DNA of 64,000 bases, taken from the NCBI GenBank assembly GCA_013115125.1, contig JABANN010000016.1, forward strand, positions 1-64,000. The letters run 5' to 3'. Positions 25,001 to 36,300 of this stretch are shown here, one piece after another (the stretch's first letter is position 1; the number at the start of each line of letters is the position of its first letter). The DNA comes from Perkinsus olseni (lineage: Eukaryota). Under the pieces are notes generated by a model. That model saw nothing but the letters and a program-made list of their open reading frames with translations. It had not been told where the DNA came from and made no database searches. Position numbers and translations under genes: made by a program.

Positions 25001-25309
25001 TCGCGAAGTTTGTCCGAGTAGAAGCGAGCCAGACGGAGAATGAATCTCGCGGTGTGGGCCGCACTTACTGTAACACTATGGATCTCCCCACCAGGAAGGA
25101 GCCGGAGGTTATGTTGGAGTGACTTGTTGGCGCACCAAATAGCCTGTAGCGCAGTTTCTCTGTGGTTGCATAGTACTCGTTATTCTGGATCGTCGCTGGG
25201 GCGCCTGCTTCCAACTAGATTCCCTAGGGGAGTTTCCCTTATCGATGGGCCATCGTCGATCATCGACGTCATGGCCATCATGGCCGAGAGACCCAAATCA
25301 CCAACTTGC

Positions 25310-25344
25310 GGACCATTGACTCGTGGTCCACGAGTCAATGGTCC
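25310..25344. repeat. Perfect 17-1-17 inverted repeat
   Basis: ggaccattgactcgtgg t ccacgagtcaatggtcc. Confidence 0.97.
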
Positions 25345-26156
25345 ACGAGGAATCTCAGTTCTGCCATCGATCGTGGGCGATATAAAATGAAAGTCGAATG
25401 AGGTTGCACTTCCAGCAGCATGGCCTTAGTGGTTTCACTATTACCGTGAGGGATCTCGGCACGGGATTCCCGTGCTGCTCCGATGAAGGCAGCGCTGGAG
25501 CGAAGCTTAACAGTCGACAGTTCTAGGCGGTAATCCACCGTCGCTAGCCGAAGGATTGTTTTCCAGAGGCCGGCGTTGGGTTCTTGAGAGTTTTCTCGGG
25601 ATGGCCACGAAGGCTTGTTTCTGCCCGGCGCTGTGGTCCACAGTAGGGTCCATACATTCCTACAGTAGGAATCATAGCTCTGGACCAGACCGCCGAATCC
25701 TACTACGTCCGTTGTTCGCGGCAGCTTCAAAAAAAGGTTGCGGTGGCGGCAAAACCTTCTACAGTTGAAAGTTCTGCATTCTGCCGCAACCCTCAGTTAC
25801 GGAAACGGCTCAACACAACGCAATGCCGCAATCATCTGACCAACATCACTCTGAAGAAGTAGGACTGGGTCCAGGCATCTCTGGGATGCCGGATATCAGT
25901 GTTCCACAATAATCCTCAGCAATCAAGGAGCTTCGTTGCATATTGCAGCACGGCGCTGACCCAACACAAATGACTCCATTGACACAATTGTGTGTTCCAC
26001 GCTGGAAATCCCGCACCAAAGTGACTTCCGATTCCAATTTTGAGAATGGGCCGTTTCGCTTGTGACTATTTGCAACTCAAGACCCAGCTCTAGCTAGAAG
26101 ACACTCCAACGTTCAATACTCGAATAATGAACGAAATGACACGAATGCGCACACTT

Positions 26157-27511
26157 TTAAAGTTCCTCGTCAGGTCGGGGCACCGGGCGATGCACCTGCG
26201 ACCACTTCGCCGATATGAAGTCTCCGAACGCCATGATGTGGCCGTCATCCTCTATCCATCCCGAAGCGCCTCCCTCCTTCTGATCTGCAACCAGGCTTGT
26301 CCTGCACGATGAATTCAATGAATAGGGCACGAAATCGGATCCCCCGTCGGGAGACTCCCGATACCTTTTGGCTGCGTCGGAGTGGAGAAGGCCCTCGAGA
26401 GTTGTGTTGTAGTTAGGGTAGTAGAAGTGTACCAAAGATATCCGCTCCGGAGCTTCCTTCGGTGGCATCACCTGAGGCAGCGGACAAGTATGGCGCAGCA
26501 TTCGGCCCTCGCCCAGGGTACTCGATGAACCGGCGAGTAAAATTTCCCTCCGCTCATGATCGAGGCAAAGTCTCCCACGTTGACAACAACCCGGGACGCT
26601 CGATCGTTGGGCAGGCGATGTAATCTCTCTGTTCGGGGATCTTGCACCTTGAGGAATGAGCAACACTCTGCCGACCTCGACGAGAACTTCTCTGAGTGTC
26701 ACTTGCCTGTAGCCCATCAACTCCTTCTTGCTGCAGCACAATTGTGATAAACCCCCAATCCGTATGAGGCGAACTTCCGATAGTCTTCCCGCCTGAAGAA
26801 ATAGCTGCAGAACATCATTGCGCGCTCCCACGACTGCCACGTGATCGATCATCTCCTTCTTCAGCAAAATATCGGTAGATCCTCTGCAAACTTATGGATG
26901 CACCATCTGATCCACAGTTCTTGGAAAGAGCCTCCTGCCCTGATCGCAAAGATGCTGCTCCGGATAGTGAGCGAGCAAGTCCAACCTGAGACGTGCGCTA
27001 GGGCTTTACACAGAGCGAGGCCAAGTCTCGTAGCTTCGTTGAACCACTTGACCAACGTATGCTGATCCTCTGCCGGAATCTTCGCGGGCCAGACATTGGG
27101 GCCTTGGAGTTTGTTCGCGAATGCACGATGAGTCTTCGGCCACTCGAAGCCATATGAAAACCCCTCTTTCATCTCCTTGAGGTCTGAGCCGCTCTCTCCA
27201 CCAAACAGAACGTATCCGCGAGTCAAGCCACCGCTTGAGACGGAAAGCCTCTCCTTCTCTGACGCATCAACGTCGGTGAATAATCTTCGAGCACTGGAGA
27301 GCACACCGTCAATGAAGTCGTCATCCACACCGTGGCCACGAAGGACGAACGCGCCCCCACCGGATTCGGATGCAGCGCCTAGGAGCTTCGACGCCTCGTC
27401 TTCGCACTTGTCGCCCGGGTGGTCACCGAAGCATGAGAGGTCAATGACCGGAGCTTCCCAGGACCGAGCACATACGGAGACTACAGCGGCGAAAAGGGTA
27501 AACCAGGCCAT
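26157..27511 (-). CDS. 2OG-Fe(II) oxygenase, IPNS/DIOX_N-like, copy A, with signal peptide and C-terminal DEEL
   Basis: PVIDLS, GAFVLRGHGV, LTRGY, KEGF, GPNVWP, HTDWGFITIVLQ, VVNVGD, SPVHRV and RISLV motifs. Ends PDEEL*. Confidence 0.9.
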
Positions 27512-28521
27512 GGGAAGAAATTACTCGATGCAAGCAACTCAGAATCGTCAGGAGAATCGCGGTACCCGAGAGACATCGCTAACGCCGCTGAGAAACGCAG
27601 CAGGTATATGATCAGCCATCGCTCGCCCATCGCACAATTCGGCTTGAAGGTGACTCAGTGACTCTCCACTCATCCATCTAGCCATAGTTCACGCTATTGG
27701 TAAAGGACGCTTCGTCCCTCGGAGTCTTTCCAGAGGATAACCGTTCCCCGATAGCCATATTCCTGGGTTTGAGGTTCCTCACAGGACATCCCACGAAGAA
27801 ATGGTAGACAAAGCCCATGTGATTGTCCTCGATTCGCGTACGATTGTTAACGAGAGTCGCTGTTTGCGACCTGTGACCCGCGGACTCCGGGGCGTGGGGG
27901 TGATTGCCCGAACCGCTAGCACATTTAGTGCTACCGTCATTCATATATCAAATTCATTCTCCTGTTCCCTGCAGCACTGGCAGTACCGGATTGTGTTTGG
28001 CCGAAATTTTGGACGCGTTCTTGTTCATTTTTCTCGTCAGTCGAATTAGGTACTGCGCTGCCTGACGCTGAATGTATCACACAGGCACCTAAGAATCATA
28101 TCTCTTTATATAGTGGCGTCATAGTGTACCAGACAACAGATCATCATCGGTTGTGAATCTCACTTATCCACCCGTATTCGCTGTTCTATTGGTATTCGAC
28201 CCCAGCCTGTGTTCTAAGCGCCCGCGTTGGCAACTTTGGTTCATTGTTGTCAATCAGTGACTCGAGTATCCAAACTCAATGGGCGAACCAGTGCACCTCC
28301 GACGACCAATAATGCACATCGAACATTTCGTGTATCGAGGGAAGATCCAAAGCAGTCCGCTCCAGGAGACAGCTCTGTGTCGGGCACTCCCGTTGTCGGC
28401 TGCAACGTTGAATTTTGTCGGCACACTCGGAGCCGTTCGCTTGTTACCCTCCACTGAAACTCAAGACCTCCCTTCACCTAAGATATACCTTCATCTCGTG
28501 ACGAAACAGACACGCGCACTT

Positions 28522-29912
28522 TCAAAGCTCCTCGTCGGGTCGGGATCTCGGCCGATACACTTGCGACCACTTCGCCGATATGAAGTCTCCGAACGCCATC
28601 ATGTGACCATCCTCGGCTATCCAACCGGAAACGCCTCCCGCCTTCTGGTCTGTCAACAGGCTGGTCCTGTAGAATCGACAGATACGGAACGGCTGAAGCG
28701 GCTTCAGTGAAGCCTGTCGTCACCTTTTAGCTGCATCAGTGTCTAGGAGCCCCTCGAGGGTGGTGTTATAGTTGGGGTAGTAGAAGTGTACGAGAGATAT
28801 CCTCTCCGCAGCCTTCTTCGGCGACACCACCTGGGCCATCGGGCACGTATGGCGCCGCGCCCAGCCCACGACTGGTCTACCCGATGAACCGGCGAGTGGA
28901 GCTTCCCGCCGCTCATGATGGAGGCGAAGTCTCCGACGTTCACCACCATACGGGATGCTCTATCGTTCGGTAGCGGGTGGTATCTTCCTGTCTCAGAATC
29001 TTGAACCTCGAAAAATGCACAGGAAAGGATTGTCGTAATCGCTGACTTTACCTCGAGCCCATCAACTCCCTCTTCCTGGAGAACGATAGTGATGAATCCC
29101 CAATCAGTATGAGGGGAGCTTCCAATAGTCTTGTCACCTGGACAAGAGAGTGCTCAACCGCGCATACTCGCGAGGGAGATGCTCCGAACAGCATGTGAGT
29201 CACAGGTACCAGGAATCCGCATTTCGGCGAGCGAAGTCACCTGAGCTGTCATCTCCTTCCACGGCGAAATATCGAAAAATTCTCTGTAAACTAATGGACG
29301 CCCCGTCCGGTCCGCAGCTGTCACTCAGTGCCTTCTGACCTACACTTAGCAATCGGTCAGAGCGATCATATAGGGTGTTGGCCCACCTAGGGCACTTGAG
29401 AAGGCTCTCGCAAGCGACAGGCCCAGCCTTGTAGCATGCCCGAACCATTCGTTGAGAACGCGCTCATCTTCGGCCGAAATCCCTGCTGGCCAAACGTTTG
29501 GCCCTTGCAGTTTGTTGGAGAAAGACTTGTAGCCTTCAGGCCAGTCGTAGCCGTATGAGAAGGCCTCCTTGATCTCCTCTCGGTCTGAACCACTCTCCCT
29601 GCCGAGGGGTACGTAACCGCGAGTAAGGCCATCGCCGATGATGGACAACCGCTCCTTCTCTGACGCGTCAACGTCGGTGAATAATCTCCGAGCACTGGAG
29701 AGCACACTGTCGATGAAATCGTCATTCACACCGTGCCCACGAAGGACGAACGCGCCCCCGCCGGATTCGGATGCAGCGCGTAGGAGCTTTGACGCCTCGT
29801 CTCCACACTTGTCGCCTGGGTAGTCACCGAAGCATGAGAGGTCGATGACCGGGGCTTCCCAGGACCGAGCAGACAGAGATGCTAGAACACCGAACAGGAT
29901 GGAGTGGGTCAT
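28522..29912 (-). CDS. 2OG-Fe(II) oxygenase, IPNS/DIOX_N-like, copy B, with signal peptide and C-terminal DEEL
   Basis: Tandem paralog with the same motifs (HTDWGFITIVLQ, VVNVGDFASIMSGGKLHSPVHR). Ends RPDEEL*. Confidence 0.9.
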
Positions 29913-30581
29913 GAAATTCCCCATCTGTCGATGGAGGTGCGCATTGTGACCGTAACGCCAATCCAACAGTCAATTTGTTCAGAGTTCGCTCAACACTCAT
30001 GCTAAGTGCACTGTGCAACGGGTAACTCGCTCTTATGCCCTTGTCGAGGACTCTTGTAACCCATGGAAATTTCCCGCCGGAACTCTGGGCCCAGGAACTG
30101 ATAAGCTCCCTCTAATTATAGTATTTCGATTGGGCCTAGCGCTTCTGCCGGAAGTCTCCCGGTTCGAGGTCGGGGCTCATGAGACCATCAAAGAGTATGC
30201 GGCGCGAGTGTAGTATCGTGAGGCAATTGCCTGGTTTCTGCTGTCCGCGGAGCAACGATGCACCGGGTGGACTGCGGATGCTGACGAGAGAAACCCATAT
30301 CAAGTGACCCTTCCACCGCAGTGTATTCCAGTGACGGGAATTTTTCACCCCTTGTGAGTTTACTGCTCGGCCACACAATCGTCCCAGCCGAGATCGAAGG
30401 AGTCTATCGTAGTGCAGTGATGACACGATACCTATTGCCTCTTCGGCACCCACAGCCCCTCACTACGTAAAACTCAACTTGGAACAGATCGTGAAAGGTG
30501 TGAAAAAAAGGTATGACTTTTGGTAAAACAGAGAAGGCGAAATAAAACGAGTTAATAGATAGAGTCCCAGCTGCTGGTCTT

Positions 30582-31454
30582 TTACTTAACAGCCGGGCCG
30601 GAAACTATGATGGAGTGGCCATCAGGATCGGTCATGTAGATCACCTCTTCGTCGTACCTGGAGTCCTTCTCAGCGCAGTACTCCTCCTTCAAGCGATTGA
30701 AGACATCCGCCTTCACCCTGACGCCGAATCCACGGTATCCGAGCTGATCACTCGGGCTCTCCTTAAGGCGGCCGAAGCGATGCTTCACTTGCAGCTCTAC
30801 TGAGGTGAAATTGCGAGACCACAACCACTCGCGGTTCTCAACGGCCCAAGGATCGGTCTTTGGGGGCTTTTCGGTCGTGTCCGCGAAAAAATGCAAGTCG
30901 AAAGCATCGCTGACGTACTGAGTAGAGAGCAGCTTCATACCCAGCATTTTGGTGTAAAACTCCTTGCTGCGCTTGGCGTTGGTCGCTCGGAGAGTCAATA
31001 GGCCAATACCCGCATCCTGGCCGAGTGGGCTCTTGTCGTCCTTGAAGGAAGCCGCGTACTCCTCGCTGAAATTCTTTTCGAATTGGTGCTGTATGAGCTC
31101 GATGTTGTATCCGATAGGATCTTCCGTGTGAGCTAGATACCCTACGTCCTTGAACTGAAAGGAACTGGATACAGGGACGCCCATTTTGGACAGCTTCTGG
31201 CGAGCGAGCTTGACGTGTGGCAAGTACAGGGAGATCTTCCAGTACAAGTCGTCATCGAGAGCACTGTACGTGGCTGCTGGATTTTCGTGGACCCTGAACT
31301 CGATGCCGGCAGCCTCAGGCTTCGATGGGTACCCGACGGTAGCCGAAGTAGAGGTCCTGCTCATCGTCACCATACCGAGACGGGTTCGATACCAATTGAT
31401 AGTTTGCTCTAGCTCAGCAGCACGAACCATGAGGATGACGAAACGCACGGACAT
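30582..31454 (-). CDS. Two-domain glyoxalase/VOC-family protein, intronless
   Basis: 290 aa with two VOC repeats (WYRTRLGM...DPIGYNIELI; FYTKMLGMKLL...DPDGHSI). Confidence 0.88.
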   Translation of the reverse strand: MSVRFVILMVRAAELEQTINWYRTRLGMVTMSRTSTSATVGYPSKPEAAGIEFRVHENPAATYSALDDDLYWKISLYLPHVKLARQKLSKMGVPVSSSFQFKDVGYLAHTEDPIGYNIELIQHQFEKNFSEEYAASFKDDKSPLGQDAGIGLLTLRATNAKRSKEFYTKMLGMKLLSTQYVSDAFDLHFFADTTEKPPKTDPWAVENREWLWSRNFTSVELQVKHRFGRLKESPSDQLGYRGFGVRVKADVFNRLKEEYCAEKDSRYDEEVIYMTDPDGHSIIVSGPAVK

Positions 31455-32122
31455 TTGTAGCGGTCGAAAGAGAAAGATTCGCTAAGTGAGACTCTCACTG
31501 TGAGAGTTGGCGGGGATTCGAGACAGAAAATGAGAAAAACGGGAGTGAGGGCGCTCCCAGTGATGAGAAAATGCTAACGGACGGCCAGCGCTTTTCGGGG
31601 AAATCTTAGACGAAGGGCAGGCAAAGCTGTGGAGATACAGAGCAAGTGCATCTTGTCGTTTTCACGACCCGTGTACGCGCGCGCATAATCATCGGGAGAC
31701 ACCGCCCTCAGGGCGGCTCCCAAATCCGATGGGACTAGTCTACGGACGAGTTGGCAGTTCGCTTCTCGGGAGAAAATCGAGGGAACACCGAAAATCGGTA
31801 ACAGCCTAGAAGAACATTGTTATAGAGACAGGACACGCCAGGTAGGAGCGGTAGCCGTACACCTGCCATCCACAGCGTCGGGTGCGAATGCTTCTGCCGA
31901 GGGGACAACGGCGTGAAATTACGACGTGACGCCACTCGTCAATCCGTCGTCCAGGCCAGCGTACGCCAAATCCGAAAGGAAAGAGTACAATTCATTCAGG
32001 AAGTCTCATGTGACCGGACACTTTAGACAACACCTCCCTGCCGTACTCAAAGGTTACTAGTGATAAGAAAGTTAGCAAACTTGACGCTGTGTCCATGGAT
32101 GGATGCCACAAAAGAGACCGGG

Positions 32123-33155
32123 TCAGTCCCCACGCCGAGGCGTCTCCTCGGCTTCTCCGCCGCGGTCCATGGCGTTCTCTTCCTCGAGCTTCTCTATAAA
32201 CCTGTCTGGTTGTACCGTAACTGAGGCTGAACCCTGACCCCCGCCGTCCTTGCTCCGAGACCTACCATCGTGCAGTAGGAGGTCCCAGCCGTAGAAGCTC
32301 GGGAGGACAGCCTGGCAGAGAGCCGAAAGCAATCGCCGGCAAGAGACGGGAGGTCATTTAAAGGGGGCCCACCTTGAGCATAGTCCGGACGGCGAAGAAC
32401 GCGGGCTCTGGCATCATGACGGTGATGAGATCCCTGTGTCCTGACTGGCGAGGTTTGCACGCATGCACAAGCGTGCCCGGGCTACCCGCTCTAGTGTAAC
32501 TTCGCGGTAGTATCTCTCGTGTAAACGGAAGTGCACACGGGCCTGAACGCCACAAGAACATAGAAAACCGAAGCTGGGGGCCTGGCATACTCTCTCACGA
32601 CAAAGATAACGAGAAGTCAAAAATGGCCTCCACCGAAGCTGCGATGCTTTTCGAGTGATGCCACCTGCTGAGGCTTACATCCTTCTGATTGTAGTCACCA
32701 TTGAGGATCAGGTTGAGCCGGTTGCAGGCGATGATATCCCCGACCTGCCCCGGACTCAGATGGAAGAGGTACTTCGAGCTCCGGTCATACGTACCTACAC
32801 AAGGTGGGTTTGAGCTCCCTGCTGAGGGCATGACCAATACCTTTGCCAAGCAGCTGACCTACAGAGTCTCGTGCCTTCATCATGAACAGTATGCTCAACT
32901 TGCCGGGATGGATAACTCGCATCTCATCACCATCCTTGTGGACCATAGCCTGATCATGATCACCAAAAAATCGAACGACGCCAGGTTAGAGCAGAGCCCT
33001 ACGTGGTGGGGAATGAACTGAAGCATCGCCTCCCGGTCGTAAACGGGAAACACTTTGCCTTGTAAGGCGGCACAGTTCGGCCTGAACTTCCCGCCGCCTG
33101 AGAGTGCGTCGTGGGCTATCGCGCTACAGAAGCAACGCGCGGATGCAGTCATCAT
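32123..33155 (-). CDS. Whirly/MRP-fold single-stranded nucleic-acid-binding protein, probably organellar
   Basis: Spliced: FPVYDREAMLQFIPHHAMVHKDGDEMRVIHPGKLSILFMMKARDSVGTYDRSSKYLFHLSPGQVGDII ... ITVMMPEPAFFAVRTMLKAVLPSFYGWD. This matches the Whirly pattern YDW..KQ.F.LS..E.G.I and C-terminal helix P.LLGW. Confidence 0.65.
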
Positions 33156-33324
33156 TGTTACGAGGAAAGCACATCCGAGTCTGAGTGCTCAGCGTAGTAA
33201 GACGAGAAGGGCCCAGTCCGCAGCGGACTCACTGACTGAGGAACACAAGTCGGGCTGGAGAAGAGAAAATTGAGCCCGTCTGCACAGAACGAAAGTCCTT
33301 CGGTGAAAAAACTTTACAGCCGCC

Positions 33325-36300
33325 TCAGGTAGAATGACTATCGCCACGGGCGAACGTATTGAAAATCTGCTCGAGGGTCGTCTGGGAGAGCTGAAAATCG
33401 TGCATCTCAAGCTCCTCCTTGGCATCAGCATCGGACAGCTCAGAGAAGATGGACCCCAAATCAATGTCGCGCGGAAGCGCAAATTCTCCAACTTCTTCCA
33501 AGGTTCGAGTCTCAGGAGACACATGTTGCATAAGCCACTGAAGAGCGTTCATGTGCTGGAGGGCTCGGGCCGCAGCAGAAGCCAAGGCGCCACGGTTGAA
33601 GGTTCTATTGAAAGTCTCGTCCAGTGTCCCAGCGGTCAACACACTATCGATCAGACGCTGCTCGCTGATGCCTGAGAGAGCATCAGAAAAATCATCGCAA
33701 CACGAAGCCGGATGAAGCTCACCGAGTCGTGTGAGTTGTGCCGTCAAATGAGTGTCTGTGAGGGTGACATACTCGCCATGCGCGGAGGTCTCCGCATCTT
33801 CCGCTGCCAGAATCTGCTTCATCGCGCGCTGCTTGTTCTCTTCGGAAGCATCTCGGAAGTGTATCCAAAGCCTGTACCCACGACCGTAGTCGGACTTGAT
33901 CTGTTGGGATGTCCCGATACAACGGAACTGTCCGTCAACCTACAGGAATGGAAATCATCACAGAATGGTGAGCAGCGAATCGTAGGTACCTGGATGACCA
34001 TCGTCTCACACACAGCATCGGCCTCCTCCATGCTGTGGGTAGTGAGTATAACCGCAGTATAAGTCTTAGAACGATCGTGAGCTATCTTATGGATCACATC
34101 CCAAATGCGTCTAAGTGGGGAGCAGGTCTCAGGCATGTGCCTAAGACCGATCGGCATCACCTTCTAGCCCCAGGGTCAACTCCCGTCGTCGGCTCGTCCA
34201 GGAATACTATGGGAGGATGCCCCACAAGAGCCATACCTACACACAACTTCCTTTGGTTGCCACCAGACAGCTTTACCGCCTCCTTGTCGATGTAGCGCCT
34301 GACGTCAACCGTCCGTTCTTCGTAGCAAAGCGCCGGCACAGACAGACTCACTCAAGCTGCAATATCTTGACCAGATCATCAACGTGCTGAGATATCCTGT
34401 TTGACGGTACTCCACGTATACGCGCGTACCTGAGGGTCAATCAGAAGCCGCCAGCGTCCTGAGCGACCTACAGGTAAAGATGGTCTTTTGCCGTAAGGCC
34501 TTGCAACAAGGGGCTTTGCTGTGGGCAGTATCCCACGGACTTCCGGACCTGGAGCCGAGACATACCACAAAAGGACCTAATCGTGTGGCACAGTCTTACC
34601 TCATACACGTTGCCCTGCAACGGTCGACCGACAAGATTGATGTGCCCAGCGCTCGGCCTTATCAACCCACAGAGCATCCTGAAGGTGGTGGTCTTGCCGG
34701 CACCATTTACTCCCAGTAGGCCGAAGACTCCACCATCAGCCAGGGCGTAATTGATGCCTCTCACCGCCCATACCTGATACATCATCATATGGCCGGACAC
34801 TTACACGTTTTAATGCACCCACCTCGCTATCTTTTCCTGGATAGAAGACCTTCTTGAGATCCTTGAAGTAGATCATCTGAGTTGTCGGGTCGAGCTTGGA
34901 TACTCTCTCCTTCTCCGCTATGACCCTCTCGTCCTCGACACCACATTTCTCCGGAGGAACAGCCAGGTCTCGATCAGGATTCCACTTGTCGTCATTCAGC
35001 TTGTAGTCCAAGAACAACAATAGACCGAAGTAGATGACCCCGTAGACAAACAGCATGATGACATCGTCACCGGCCACAAAGGCGCATACGTTGAAGGGAT
35101 TGCCGTTGATGTCGAAAACTGTGGTATCGTGACAGGTCCTCAGAATCTGTGAGTCGAAGGGCTTAGGGGTGAACGAGCCTGCTCCTGTGTTCTGTAGGCC
35201 AGTGAAGAAGATGGTGGTCAGGCCCTGCGCCACTGAGTAGGTTGGGAATACCCTCACAATCCACATCAAGATCAGTCCAGCAAGAGGCGAAATCCTAGCG
35301 AAGAACAGCACTGAGATGGCGAAGGAGCCAACCAAACCACCAAGGATTGACGAGGCTATCCTCATGTAAGTAGCGATCGTGCTAGTGCGCGCCACTACAC
35401 TGATGAGGTAATTGAACGGTGGGGTCGCGAAGCAGAAGCCGACCAGAAGAGCCCACACGGCAGCCTGGTTGTCCGGTTGGAGGTAGGTATTCACCTCGTA
35501 GACCCTTAGAGGGATGAAGGTGAGGCAAACGGCGATGAGGGAGAATAAGAAGTCGAAGACCCAGCTCGCTGTCCAGTACGGGAGCAGCCCGCAGCCGCTG
35601 ACATACAGCTGTTCTTTGATCTTCGTCGTCTTTTCCATCATCATGTAAGATAAGAGCGTCGAGGCCACAACCGTGAGAGCTATGGCGTAGAAGCCGCCCA
35701 CTGAGAAGGTGACCGCGAAGTTTGTGAGCGAGTTGGAGAACTGAGATGCCGTATGCGGGAGGGGGTGGTTGACAACGGTGAGGGGCTGATTTCCGGCCAA
35801 GGCGAACGGCGTCATGTGGAGAGCAGTCATATCAGCGAAGACAGACCTCGATGTGACACCCAATGCCGTCACCTCAAACCATGCAGTATCCTCGCCTAGC
35901 AGGGAGGCTGAGAACCTCAGGATACCCGCACACAGTGCGTTATTGAGGGTTGAGTTAGGCGGTGTGTTGGGCTCGTAGGGGATCGCATCGTAAGGCTTCA
36001 GTAGGGAACAAGCATGTACCTCAGCATTGGTCAGAGGCAGAGAGGCATCGATACTCGGCAAGGGTTGGCCGTTCCTCGCGACGGTGACAACGAAGGGATC
36101 CACCGTACTCCACTGGGCCACTATATGCTGACTCGGCCCCGCCTTGTAGGGGTTGGAGGACGGACGCAACGTCAAACTGGTCGCGTCCCCGATACTCACA
36201 GCCGTCTTCTGGAAACCCAATAGGACCAGGAGGACCACCATTGGTATGAGTAAAGCAGCGAGAGTGCCAACCCAGTTCCGATAGGCATACACCAGTCTTC

